DNA of 64,000 nucleotides from Bdellovibrio sp. (lineage in GTDB: Bacteria > Bdellovibrionota > Bdellovibrionia > Bdellovibrionales > Bdellovibrionaceae), in contig JAKFCY010000002.1 of the NCBI GenBank assembly GCA_036676395.1, positions 1,792,001 to 1,856,000 of the forward strand. Reading direction: 5' to 3'. Made by a program: the position numbers and the translations under genes. Within the stretch, counting starts at the first letter, position 1; the number at the start of each line of letters is the position of its first letter. The notes under the pieces were generated by a model. The model worked only from the letters and a program-made list of their open reading frames with translations. It made no database searches and was not told the DNA's origin. Below, piece by piece: positions 1 to 9,519 of this stretch.

Positions 1-1339
1 ATCCGCGCAGATTGATTTGCATATTTTCATCAAACAACCCCCACGCCAAAGTCATTGAACCGTTTAACTGTGAAATCACAACGCCATTTGTTTTTGCGAT
101 AATTTCTTCTAAGTTTTTACGAATAAGGTCGTACTCTTTGACCACATCAGAACCCAGAGCAGATTCATCAACTAATAATTCTAATTGCACGGCTAAAACT
201 TCAGATTCACTTAAATCAAGATTTACAGCTTTAAAGTTCAATTTATCAGCTAAATTTACCCGGCCAAATTTTTGAATAACATTTCCCAGCTCAGAACTAC
301 GTTCAACAGTCTCAAATGTACTGCATACATGTTGTGATAATAGATCGAATTCATCTTTTAAGGTGCTGTCAGTGATTGCCGGTTTTATTTCACGGCGCTG
401 AGCATAATCTTCAAGCTGTTGCATCAAGTGTTTTACTTTTTGAGAAGTAAATAAACCCATGAATGCGAGCAGCACCACCATAGCTGAAAATAGTACGCCC
501 ACAGCTTTAGAGAAATTAGATTTAATTAAGTAAACCGACTGCCATAAATAACCTTCAGAAGCTTCGCTTAGAACGTAGAAGCCGCCAGCACTACGAATAA
601 CTGTGGCGTAAAAATTTTCGGTCGTAAGTTTATCAAAATACTTATTTTGCAAAACGGCCTTATTACTTTTATTTAACTCGACCAGCACTGGATGCTCGTT
701 GATATCACCTAAAAATTCATTACCGCTTTGGGCGATCATGCCACCAACTGATTCAAACATAAACTGGTTATAGCCTGTTAAGGGTGTAAACAGAGCCTGA
801 AAACGCTGTAAATCTGCATAAACTACGACAACAGAATTATGATCTGCTAAGCGGCTAACCACAGCTAAAAGCTGGGTTTTTTTATCATTTGCTGTCAACT
901 TTTGAATAAAGTATTTATTAAACTGTAAACGCGAAAAATCTAAAGGATTAGCCCCTACTGTTTCTTTGATAAAATCACTAGATAAACCGCGGTTTGCGGT
1001 AAAATCTGTATTGGTAAAATTTGCCGAAACTTTATATTTGCCGTCTTTAAAAGTAAATAGATCTACAGCCACAAGGTCAGCATCCAAACCTTCTGAACCA
1101 AAACTTTCTCTTTTAACAGAAAGTTTTTTGACTATTTCTAATGAAGCCAATTGGTAATATTTAATTTTAGCTTCGATCTCATTAACTTTTGTAGCCGTTG
1201 TTGTATGTAACTGCGTCAGTGCTTGAGTCACAATGTAATCTTTTAAAATATCCTCGGTGCGTGACCAAGCGATTTTTGTAAAAACACCCACAATAAGAGC
1301 TAGGCCGATTAAGTATTTAAACATAAGCTTCATGGTCAT
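1..1339 (-). CDS. Membrane-anchored sensor protein with degenerate class III adenylate/guanylate cyclase-like domain (3' partial, runs off window)
   Basis: Not in the ORF track; translated by hand at both ends from ATG 1339 (ATGA overlap with the upstream stop). N-terminal TM MTMKLMFKYLIGLALIVGVF, second TM AVGVLFSAMVVLLAFMGFIYF, a HAMP-like linker, then EEIIAKTNGVVISQLNGSMTLAWG, which resembles the cyclase 'GGxxxKFxGDxxMAxFG' segment. Confidence 0.6.
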   Translation of the reverse strand, partial: MTMKLMFKYLIGLALIVGVFTKIAWSRTEDILKDYIVTQALTQLHTTTATKVNEIEAKIKYYQLASLEIVKKLSVKRESFGSEGLDADLVAVDLFTFKDGKYKVSANFTNTDFTANRGLSSDFIKETVGANPLDFSRLQFNKYFIQKLTANDKKTQLLAVVSRLADHNSVVVVYADLQRFQALFTPLTGYNQFMFESVGGMIAQSGNEFLGDINEHPVLVELNKSNKAVLQNKYFDKLTTENFYATVIRSAGGFYVLSEASEGYLWQSVYLIKSNFSKAVGVLFSAMVVLLAFMGLFTSQKVKHLMQQLEDYAQRREIKPAITDSTLKDEFDLLSQHVCSTFETVERSSELGNVIQKFGRVNLADKLNFKAVNLDLSESEVLAVQLELLVDESALGSDVVKEYDLIRKNLEEIIAKTNGVVISQLNGSMTLAWGLFDENMQINLRG

Positions 1340-3030
1340 AAAGCCTCCATAACATAGCCCACATTAATGTAGTGCCCTGAGTGTGAAACGGTATTTACGC
1401 TGGAGCTGTTTGAGCCTTTAAATTCATGCTCGCTATTTTTAAAAAGATAGCCAATTTCAAAACGATCATTACTGCCTGCACGGTTAAATAAAGCATTAAT
1501 TGAATAATCAATGCTTTCGCCTTTTTCTAAGGTTTGATCCTGAGACTTAGTCAGTTGATAAACTGGTTTTAAATAGCCCACGCGAAAATCGACCGCATAC
1601 TGGTCTAAATAATTATATTGCAAGCTTGCATTCAAAAAAACATTCAATAAATGCTGCGAATAGATATTTAACTGTGTCGCCGAAAGCGGATCAGTTGTTG
1701 CCTGAATAAGGCGATCTAACCCAAGGCCCCCATTTAATTTAATAATCTGTGGGTATGAATTATAGTATGAGTACTCTTGGCCAAAACGAAAGTCATAGAT
1801 CAATTCACCCTTATTCGGTAAATTAAAATAACCCAGATTTAATTTGTAATATTGATTTAAGCTATCGATAATGCCCGGATCATTTTTCGTATAAGAAAAA
1901 TTTAAAACCTGGCCACTGATATCTACGATCGAAGACTGTGACGGAAAATCTGATTTATAATCAATGCTTGAAGAAATTAAATTAAAATTGTGGTAATACT
2001 GGCGACTTTTGGCCTTTATAGTGTCACGGTAAAACTTGTTTTCTGCTACCAGCGTGCGATCACCTGCTTTAATCGAAAAATCAACACAAGCATCCGTCGA
2101 ATAAAGTTTGGCTTTAATATGGGATTTTACGCAAAAAGTGTATTCTCCACCCGCCCAAGATGACGGAACTCTAAAAGTTGTTGCATAAAAAGACGGAGCG
2201 CTAAATTTTTGCATTTCTAATGGATCAACGTTTTTTTGATACACGACAATAGCATATCTTTTAACATCCATCACTTTGTGCCAGCTGATTTCACGAACAA
2301 ACGTATTTGCCGGAGTAATTACGCGCGGACTAAATTTATCCTGTTCATAAACTTCTAGCGGCATAAGATTGGCCGCGATAATTTTATTTTGCGCATTGCG
2401 AGCCACAACTTTTAACATATAAGAACCAGACTCTAAGCCTTTAATTTCAGTTTCAGCGGTTTTAAGATCTGTTAAAACCTGCTCTGGTGCTTCACTGAAT
2501 ATTTTGCTTTTTTTGAAATCGCGTGTAGAGCTTAGTGGGTTTATCTCAAAACGTTCAGTCTGATAAACAGAAAGCACATAAGAAGCTGCATCACTGATCG
2601 GAGTCCATTGTAAGAAGGCTTTATTCTGGTTTTGTAAATCTTTGCTAATACCAGCCACATGGCCATCAAGATTTACTAAAGTGATTTTATAATCTTCAAT
2701 TACGAATGAACTAAATTCGCTCCAGTTAGACTCTGTCTCATCAGCAAAAGAAATTTTAAAACGAAAACGATAACGCCCTTTAGCAAGATATTCTTGCCAT
2801 TGAGGCGTAGCCTGTTCAAAACTCATTACAGCCCCACGAGCTGGATGGATTTCGACGATATATTTTTTGGCGTTAGGTTCAGCCTTAAAATTTAAAGCCA
2901 CCTTACGCTTCATCTCAACATCAACTCTTTCAGTCATATACTTAGAATTCGCCAGCGCCGGCAGCGATACAAATAGTCCTAAAATCAAAATAAATGTTTT
3001 TGCACTAATTTTTGATTTCAACATTTTCAA
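1336..3030 (-). CDS. Exported protein with FN3-like repeats and probable C-terminal beta-barrel
   Basis: Signal peptide (…VSLPALA). Repeated 'W..(V/I)..A..Y...(V/I)…G.Y…V' FN3-like units. Alternating aromatic beta-strand pattern at the C-terminus (…GHYINVGYVMEAL). Confidence 0.55.
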   Translation of the reverse strand: MKMLKSKISAKTFILILGLFVSLPALANSKYMTERVDVEMKRKVALNFKAEPNAKKYIVEIHPARGAVMSFEQATPQWQEYLAKGRYRFRFKISFADETESNWSEFSSFVIEDYKITLVNLDGHVAGISKDLQNQNKAFLQWTPISDAASYVLSVYQTERFEINPLSSTRDFKKSKIFSEAPEQVLTDLKTAETEIKGLESGSYMLKVVARNAQNKIIAANLMPLEVYEQDKFSPRVITPANTFVREISWHKVMDVKRYAIVVYQKNVDPLEMQKFSAPSFYATTFRVPSSWAGGEYTFCVKSHIKAKLYSTDACVDFSIKAGDRTLVAENKFYRDTIKAKSRQYYHNFNLISSSIDYKSDFPSQSSIVDISGQVLNFSYTKNDPGIIDSLNQYYKLNLGYFNLPNKGELIYDFRFGQEYSYYNSYPQIIKLNGGLGLDRLIQATTDPLSATQLNIYSQHLLNVFLNASLQYNYLDQYAVDFRVGYLKPVYQLTKSQDQTLEKGESIDYSINALFNRAGSNDRFEIGYLFKNSEHEFKGSNSSSVNTVSHSGHYINVGYVMEAL

Positions 3031-4783
3031 CCTGCGGCGTGATAATTCCCTCTTTAGTGACGTTGTAATCCGTCGGAGGAATCAGTTTAACAGAGACACC
3101 TTGTTCAATTTGCGCATTCTGACTTGCGGGCAAACGGCCTTTTGAAGAACTATTAGGCTGTAGATTTTGACTTTCAAAGTAATTAGTCAATTTTCTGTCT
3201 TCTACATGAAACTTCACCTGATAGTAATCAGTTGCCAGACCTTTTAGATTTAATTTATCACCTTTATTAAGAATACCTTTTTTAACAACTTTGTTATCTG
3301 TCGCAAGCACTTCAAAGTGATAATCATACAATGATGAAATTGATTTCGGATCAACATTTAAACTGTATTCGCGATCTGTGATAATTTCTTTCTTTTTAGT
3401 TTTTTCATGTTTTGCAAAAGTTAACAGTTGTTTAGGTGAACGTTTCGAAAGTTTAATTTCGTACTCTAAAGTTTTGCCTAAAATCTGCATTTTATTATTA
3501 AACGGCTCAATTTTTACTTTAACCGGCGTTGCCGTATCAATTTTTACATTTAGCTCTTCGCTATCAACGAAAATACTTTCTTTGACTTGTGAAAGTTCGC
3601 CTGATTTAGCTTCTTGTAAATAGATTAAAGTGACTTTGTATTTGCTGACTGGCCATCTCGAATTTTTCTGCCATTGTAAATGCAGTACCGGATCACGGTA
3701 ATAAAACTGTTCAACTTCCGTTGTTTCGTGCCAAGAAACAACATCAGAATCACTTTGGGCAATCGGGGCAAAATAAAATGCACGCGACTCACTATATATA
3801 GAATGATCTTCATTAAGCACGCGCCAGTAATAGAAACCAAATTCAGACGGCTTATAGGCCAGCTGATTCCTGTTGCCAGCAAACATCTCAGCGATCATTT
3901 GATTGTTTTTAAAAATTTGTACTTTAACTTTATCTACATTAGCCGCTTTTGACCATTTTAAGATAAAGTCGTCAGGGTTAATCACATTATTAATAACTTC
4001 TTTGTGCTCTGGATAAATTAAGTTAATTTTAGATTGAAATTCGTTTTTCCAAAAATTAATGGCGCCAGCTTCTAGAACTGCTTCATTTTCTTTAACAACG
4101 GCTTGCCAGAAAAATTGCGTCATTGTCCAGTCTTCTGAAAAGCCACCCGCTTCAAACGGGTAAGTTTTAACAAGTTGTAAATTGTTTTTTTCAGCACCTG
4201 CCCAAAATTCAACCCAGCGATTTTTTACTGTATCATCTGCTAACCATTTAACTTCAAGCTTAGAACCTTGCTCTTTCGCATTCAGAGCAACCCCATTTAA
4301 TTTAAAAATTGAATTTTGATCTGGTGACATCGGACCTTGCATCGCCATTTCACCAAATTGACCTGAGTCATTTTGTTCAAATAGATTTACAGCTGCTGCT
4401 GCCTTTGTTGTTAATGCGACAACAGAGCCTTTGCTGACGTAAAATTCGACTTTATCTGAATTCTTTTTAACGATCACATCGCTATAGGGTAAAATTCTAA
4501 ACTTATGTTTGCCGATCTCTAACACTGTCGATACTTCAAGTGTTTTGATGCTGTCATTAGCCAGAACGATTTGTCCATGCATGGCTAATGTGCCAGATAA
4601 TGATTGCGCTTTTTTAATAAGTACTGGTTCACCATCAGTGATCAAATAACCTACGACTTCTAACGCATGGTTTGTGGCTTGTTTACTTAGGTAAAAATTA
4701 GATAATTGAAAAGCGGCACCGCATACTGATGCAGTGGCCATAAAAATATATAAAAAGCTTTTCACGTTTTTGTAGAAGAACAC
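3005..4783 (-). CDS. FecR-like N-terminal domain plus FN3/Ig-like repeat protein
   Basis: N-terminal TM, FecR-like segment (NDSIKTLEVSTVLEIG…YVSKGSV), Trp-containing FN3-like repeats. The track starts it at TTG 4801; the in-frame GTG 4783 is preferred because of the promoter position. Confidence 0.5.
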   Translation of the reverse strand: MFFYKNVKSFLYIFMATASVCGAAFQLSNFYLSKQATNHALEVVGYLITDGEPVLIKKAQSLSGTLAMHGQIVLANDSIKTLEVSTVLEIGKHKFRILPYSDVIVKKNSDKVEFYVSKGSVVALTTKAAAAVNLFEQNDSGQFGEMAMQGPMSPDQNSIFKLNGVALNAKEQGSKLEVKWLADDTVKNRWVEFWAGAEKNNLQLVKTYPFEAGGFSEDWTMTQFFWQAVVKENEAVLEAGAINFWKNEFQSKINLIYPEHKEVINNVINPDDFILKWSKAANVDKVKVQIFKNNQMIAEMFAGNRNQLAYKPSEFGFYYWRVLNEDHSIYSESRAFYFAPIAQSDSDVVSWHETTEVEQFYYRDPVLHLQWQKNSRWPVSKYKVTLIYLQEAKSGELSQVKESIFVDSEELNVKIDTATPVKVKIEPFNNKMQILGKTLEYEIKLSKRSPKQLLTFAKHEKTKKKEIITDREYSLNVDPKSISSLYDYHFEVLATDNKVVKKGILNKGDKLNLKGLATDYYQVKFHVEDRKLTNYFESQNLQPNSSSKGRLPASQNAQIEQGVSVKLIPPTDYNVTKEGIITPQVENVEIKN

Positions 4784-4790
4784 AAAGGCT

Positions 4791-4817
4791 TCATCGGACA
4801 AACCTGTGTTATTTTAT
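4791..4817 (-). promoter_or_regulatory. Putative sigma28 (FliA) promoter
   Basis: ATAA-N15-TCCGATGA, 7 nt upstream of in-frame GTG 4783. Confidence 0.4.
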
Positions 4818-4913
4818 AGGGTTACACTCTTAATTTCAGCCTAAGGTATTGTTTAGTTTTGTTAAATGTTTGCAAGAATTATACTCGCGTAACCAAGTTG
4901 CTGGTCTATCGGC

Positions 4914-5477
4914 TTACGACCTAAGACTGCAATACTCGTCTCGATCAGTATTCAGACCATTAGCTGCTGATCGCAACCAAATATCCACGGTCTGCCCTCG
5001 TAAAAACGCAGAGTTGATATTTGTCGTTAATATCAGGCGCAAGTAATATCGGTCTCTGTAGACGTGAATTGTTGCTGTGCCTAATTCAGGAAAAGTAATA
5101 ACTCGGGTCTCGCGATCAAATGAATATCGCGCGCCAAATTGCTCTTCAAAATTCAATGTATGAAAAGTATATTCTCGGTAATTCGCTGTGTATGTGCCAT
5201 CGCGATTTAAATAAATATAAAACTGACCAGTTAAAATATCACTTTCACTCTGCGTTTGTGGCACATCCCACAAGATCGCCCCGCCGCCAACTAATACACG
5301 AAACGTTAAACTTCCGTCGTTGCAAGACCCTATGGTCTGATAGAACAGCTCGTCTGGAATTCCAGCAAATCTTTCTGCAACCCAACTACCACCAAAAACT
5401 TTTTCACCGTCGCACGCAGTAAGAAAAAGCCCACAGAGACCTGTAAAAATAGCCGTAAACAAATTTTTCATTGCCAT
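4914..5477 (-). CDS. Putative lipoprotein
   Basis: Lipobox FLTAC after a hydrophobic stretch; beta-rich mature part. Confidence 0.65.
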   Translation of the reverse strand: MAMKNLFTAIFTGLCGLFLTACDGEKVFGGSWVAERFAGIPDELFYQTIGSCNDGSLTFRVLVGGGAILWDVPQTQSESDILTGQFYIYLNRDGTYTANYREYTFHTLNFEEQFGARYSFDRETRVITFPELGTATIHVYRDRYYLRLILTTNINSAFLRGQTVDIWLRSAANGLNTDRDEYCSLRS

Positions 5478-5483
5478 AATACG

Positions 5484-6359
5484 TTACAAGTAGTTTTTAA
5501 TAACCGCAACTACCCACTCAGAAATTTCTTTAGGTGTAAATCCCAAAGAATGAGCACGATCGGTATTCATAAACCAGTCTTTTTCCAAACCGTAAGGGGA
5601 TTTTTCATCGGGTGTTAAAGCCTGCGAATGAATGCTAGCTTTTTTACCGACAGTTTTTTCAATCAAACTCACCAGATCTTTTAAGCGCATTGGATTTTTT
5701 GAAGCCATATTTATCGGCCCAGTAAAATCAATATTTCCAAGCAAAAACAAACCATCGGCTGCATCTTGCGCGTGCACAAAAGACATGCGCGCTTCAAGAT
5801 TTGGAAAATACACAGGTTCACCGTTTTTAATTTTATCGACGTAAAATTTTAAACGTTCGGTATAATCATCTGGCCCCATCACAATCGGAAAACGCACGGC
5901 TACAACAGCCATGGCATTTTGCGAAAAAAACACGGCTTCGCACTGGCGTTTTGCTTCGCCGTAATCTTGTTCGCGAGTTAAAATTTTGTCATAGGTATGT
6001 GTCTTGGGATCGAACACAGTTTCAGATAAGTTTGCACCAGACTGATAAACCGATTGAGTTGAGGTAAAAATATATTTTTTAGCTATGCCAGAAAAAATAT
6101 CGCAGGCAGCTTGCGCTTGATAAGCATCAAAACACACTTGATCATACACGATATCCCAATTTTTATGTTGCACGCTTGGTTTTAGTTTTTCGATGTCATC
6201 TCGGTCGCAAACAATGCGCGACACCCGCTCACCGAAGCCATCCTCTCAGTGGCCGCGGTTTACCACGGTCACTTGATCGCCATTCGCAAGTAATTTTTCA
6301 ACCAGACGTTTTCCAAAAAAACGATTGCCACCAATAACTAAAATTTGACGTGATTTCAT
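5484..6359 (-). pseudogene. NAD-dependent epimerase/dehydratase (extended SDR) interrupted by an in-frame TGA at 6246-6248
   Basis: From ATG 6359: MKSRQILVIGGNRFFGKRLVEKLLANGDQVTVVNRGH*EDGFGERVSRIVCDRDD…. The Rossmann motif lies upstream of the stop, and the frame continues into the 246-aa track ORF, which carries YGEAK (YxxxK). Confidence 0.85.
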
Positions 6360-6401
6360 AGAAAATCATTATGGCAAATAAAGTTAGCAGCGGCAAACAA
6401 G

Positions 6402-6911
6402 TTAGCGCGATCGGCGCTGAAGCCGGCTCGGATGCGGACGACTATGCGAAGCCGAATATCTTTCTTGCGAATGATCGTAGTCGTGCTCGGGACGACGTAG
6501 TGGGTATCCGCTATCGCGGGCAAACTTGCGATCGTAATCGCGTACAAATTCACGGTCATGGCTAGCTCGGCGATCACCTGTGCTGCGCATTCCAAGATCG
6601 CGATCTTCATGGTACGATGGTTGTCGCATAGACCCACGGCGGTCATCAGAATAATTCGCCGCTAATCCACGACCACCCATTCCTGATCTGCGGCCTTCGC
6701 TGTATCCGACTTCATCATCAGCAAAATCAGAATAGTCTGGGCCTGAATTACGCTGCTCACCCAATTCATAACCACGGCCCATTCCGCCGCGCCCGCCTGA
6801 ACGGCCATGTCCATCACGTTCGTAGTCGGCATCTTCAATGTCATCATAGTTACGATATCTGTCGTAGTCGGCATTTCTGCGATCTTGTTGCTGTTGTTGT
6901 GTGTAACGCAT
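6402..6911 (-). CDS. Low-complexity R/D/G/Y-rich, probably disordered protein
   Basis: AGGAG RBS before ATG 6911; 169 aa of highly charged repetitive sequence. Confidence 0.65.
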   Translation of the reverse strand: MRYTQQQQQDRRNADYDRYRNYDDIEDADYERDGHGRSGGRGGMGRGYELGEQRNSGPDYSDFADDEVGYSEGRRSGMGGRGLAANYSDDRRGSMRQPSYHEDRDLGMRSTGDRRASHDREFVRDYDRKFARDSGYPLRRPEHDYDHSQERYSASHSRPHPSRLQRRSR

Positions 6912-7296
6912 AAAATCTCCTTATAAAGTTACGAGTTATGTTTTAACCGTTCGACCTGACATGGCCGCGCTTATTTTCACGCTGCGCCTCATTGAATTCC
7001 ATTATGTGGTTCTTCGCACCGAGTAACCGTTTTGCTGCGTCAAAAAAAGCTTCATTTTTCACAGAGATATAAGCAGCAAGAAGTAGGCCTTACTGAAATA
7101 AAATTTTCATAACAGCTCAGAAAAGGAATATCAATTGCACACTGAAGTTCAGTATGGCTAAAACGCAGTTAGTTGCTGATCAAGATTATTTACCCGAGGT
7201 ATTACGCCTGATCGACAAAGCTAAAACTCACATAGATATAGTGTCGTATTTATTTACGATTGGCAGTTCTTCGAACATGAAAAATAGAGGTTTTAA

Positions 7297-7734
7297 TTGA
7301 AAAAATTTTTTCTTGCCGGCGAAAATGGCTTTTTAGCGACAATTCCCATGAGTATTGTCATGTTGACCTTTTTAAATAGAACCCCACCAAAACAAATAAC
7401 TAAAGAAACTTTACAGAGCGCCGACATTTACCCAAGTCGTCGCTCTTTAAAGCTCGCAAGTTTAATTGCTCATTTTAGCTTTGGCACTGTAGCTGCTCTT
7501 CCCTATGTTTTTGTAAATACTAAAAAGTCTAATAACGTTTTTATCAAAGGAAGCCTGTATGGATTAGTGGTTTGGGGCACAAATTATCTTTTGGCCTTAC
7601 CCGCTTTTAATTCTTCAGCTGGTGCGCCAAAGATGTCAGTGAAAAAAAACTTAACAATGATAGCTTCGCATATTGTTTGGGGAGTCGCTTTAGCGACCCT
7701 TTCACAATACGCTGATAAAAATAGAAGTCGTTAA
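7297..7734 (+). CDS. Small integral membrane protein
   Basis: GAGG RBS with TTG start; about 4 hydrophobic segments with AHFSFG and SHIVWG motifs. Confidence 0.65.
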   Translation: MKKFFLAGENGFLATIPMSIVMLTFLNRTPPKQITKETLQSADIYPSRRSLKLASLIAHFSFGTVAALPYVFVNTKKSNNVFIKGSLYGLVVWGTNYLLALPAFNSSAGAPKMSVKKNLTMIASHIVWGVALATLSQYADKNRSR

Positions 7735-7747
7735 TAAGACCAGTGGG

Positions 7748-8043
7748 CTACGAACTAGTCTGCATTTGAAAATTATTCTTAAGTTGTTCTAAAGTAATTT
7801 TTTTATCTGTATCTCTATTGCAAGCGATACAGTCTTTTGGCACAGAAACTTCGTATCCCCGCATATGCGCATCATAAGCTGTAAAAAGAACGCAAACATT
7901 ACCGGCAATGCCGGTAATAATTAATTTTTTAATTTTAAAATAGCTTTCGCTGCAATTAAGGCTTTGGGTCGAAGCTTATTTGCTTGCGGAAAATTAAAGA
8001 TATTCAGCATATCACAAATTAAAAGCGCCGTCTTTTTCTTCAT
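7748..8043 (-). pseudogene. Isochorismatase/cysteine hydrolase pseudogene with internal deletion and frameshift
   Basis: The N-part MKKKTALLICDMLNIFNFP…ILKLKN* (8043-7921) directly abuts, in another frame, IKKLIITGIAGNVCVLFTAYDAHMRGYEVSVPKDCIA… (7933-7748). The central part of the family fold is missing. Confidence 0.85.
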
Positions 8044-8345
8044 ACATGCACTTTACTTTTAAAATTCTGCCATTTTGTCAGAGTCCATAAAATTAACTTT
8101 CCGATCGGCTCTTGCAGAAATGGAACATCAAGTGCCAGCAGCAAAACACCTACAGGAATCATCCACACTCCAAACACTGGCAAAACTCCCAATACGCCTG
8201 CAATAATCAATGCTAAACCAATGGGTATGCGATAACGACGTGCCTTTGGATTTTGGACCCAACGCAAAAATTTAGCAATGCGAGGAGAACTATCTTCCAA
8301 TTTTTTTAAAGACTTTTGAAGCTTTTGGCCTTCGCTTTCATTCAT
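8040..8345 (-). CDS. Small membrane protein
   Basis: Hydrophobic hairpin IPIGLALIIAGVLGVLPVFGVWMIPVGVLLLALD; ATGA-coupled to the downstream pseudogene. Confidence 0.7.
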   Translation of the reverse strand: MNESEGQKLQKSLKKLEDSSPRIAKFLRWVQNPKARRYRIPIGLALIIAGVLGVLPVFGVWMIPVGVLLLALDVPFLQEPIGKLILWTLTKWQNFKSKVHV

Positions 8346-8426
8346 ATGTTAAAGTAGGAATGCAATAATACTTCCACTGTGTTGAGGGGCGAATACGGAC
8401 CAAAATGAGACATATTTTGACCTTCC

Positions 8427-8456
8427 TTGACATATGCATACAAATGCACATATTAT
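8427..8456 (+). promoter_or_regulatory. Sigma70 promoter with embedded palindromic operator
   Basis: TTGACA-N18-TATTAT; inverted repeat ATATGCAT-N4-ATGCACAT (8432-8451) in the spacer. Confidence 0.6.
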
Positions 8457-8461
8457 TAATC

Positions 8462-8797
8462 ATGGCGATTACACAAACGAAACAACAAGCTATGAAAGAC
8501 CTGGTCGAAGTATTCGACTCACAATTTTTTAAAGCTATGGCTGAACCTGTACGCATTGAAATTTTAAAATTTCTTATGATCAACGGAAAGTCAGACATAG
8601 CAACTGTCGCAAAAAGTATTCGCAAGGATCGCTCTGTTCTATCGCGCCATTTACACTTTTTGACTGAAGCTGGACTTCTCAAATACGAAAAGATTTCTCG
8701 CAACTCAATCTTCGAAATAGATGCCACCGGATTTCGCGTCAAAGTTTATGCCCTATTTCACAAAGTTGATCGTGCCATAAAAGACTGCTGTCCTTAG
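8462..8797 (+). CDS. ArsR/SmtB family transcriptional regulator
   Basis: FFKAMAEPVRIEILKFL…RSVLSRHLHFLTEAGLL winged HTH; C-terminal CCP. Start placed at ATG 8462, downstream of the promoter. Confidence 0.9.
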   Translation: MAITQTKQQAMKDLVEVFDSQFFKAMAEPVRIEILKFLMINGKSDIATVAKSIRKDRSVLSRHLHFLTEAGLLKYEKISRNSIFEIDATGFRVKVYALFHKVDRAIKDCCP

Positions 8798-8814
8798 GTT
8801 TTTTTTACATTATT

Positions 8815-8834
8815 GTGTGCATGTAAATGCACGC
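8815..8834 (+). promoter_or_regulatory. Second putative ArsR operator
   Basis: GTGTGCAT-N4-ATGCACGC, same 8-4-8 architecture as 8432-8451. Confidence 0.55.
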
Positions 8835-8850
8835 ATACATAGGAGTTAAT

Positions 8851-9432
8851 ATGAATAATGGTTTAATGCTAACAAGCTCAATAATTTTAATGCTGTTTCT
8901 GACATTGTCGGCCTTCGATGGAATTTACTTTCATCTTTGGAAGTTCAGACTGCAAGAGCGCGAGGATTCAAAAACTGAACACATTATTCACACAATTCGG
9001 GCGGTGCTTTTTATTCCAACGATCATATTCATTTACTGGATAGGACTGAAAGGCATTCTGCTTTGGGCGACAGTAGCTGTTCTTGCCATTGACATGATAA
9101 CAGAAGTTGCGGACGTACTTAATGAACGTGCTAGCAGGATGACCCTAGGAGGTTTACCTTCATCTGAATACCTGCTGCACATCGTGCTGACTACATTACG
9201 GGTCGCCGCTATTTCATTAGCTTTGGCAGCGCTTCCGTTAGAGGCTTGGAATATAAATGCTGAAGTTGAAATTGCACTGCCTGATCTGGCGAAGTTTATT
9301 GCCTTACAAGCTCTTCCAGGCGCTGTAGTAGTTGCGGCACTACATCTATATCTTATTTTTGATCCTACGCTGATTTCGCGAACGGAAATGTTTATTAAAG
9401 GTAAATGCTGTGTAGCTAGAGAGATTTTGTAA
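8851..9432 (+). CDS. Integral membrane protein with His motifs and C-terminal CC
   Basis: AGGAG RBS; about 5-6 TM segments; DGIYFHLW, EHIIH and EYLLH motifs; ends KGKCCVAREIL. Confidence 0.75.
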   Translation: MNNGLMLTSSIILMLFLTLSAFDGIYFHLWKFRLQEREDSKTEHIIHTIRAVLFIPTIIFIYWIGLKGILLWATVAVLAIDMITEVADVLNERASRMTLGGLPSSEYLLHIVLTTLRVAAISLALAALPLEAWNINAEVEIALPDLAKFIALQALPGAVVVAALHLYLIFDPTLISRTEMFIKGKCCVAREIL

Positions 9433-9442
9433 GAAAAAAAAT

Positions 9443-9519
9443 TGGGGCGACCAACGGGGCTTGAACCCGCGACAACCGGAATCACAATCCGGTGCTCTAC
9501 CAACTGAGCTATGGCCGCC
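9443..9519 (-). tRNA. tRNA-His (GUG)
   Basis: GGCGGCCATAGCTCAGTTGGTAGAGCACCGGATTGTGATTCCGGTTGTCGCGGGTTCAAGCCCCGTTGGTCGCCCCA: cloverleaf, GTG anticodon, G-1/C73, encoded CCA. Confidence 0.97.

Noticed and set aside
6246..6248. Selenocysteine or alternative genetic code at the epimerase TGA
   Set aside because: The position is a non-catalytic loop with no Cys expected, I saw no convincing SECIS, and other genes in the window end in TGA.
6356..6874. Alternative ORFs 6356-6646, 6371-6565 and 6662-6874
   Set aside because: They are shadow frames of the low-complexity 6402-6911 gene, which has the RBS.
4850..9443. Intact integrative element at tRNA-His
   Set aside because: No integrase or transposase, and I found no duplicated tRNA 3' end by eye.
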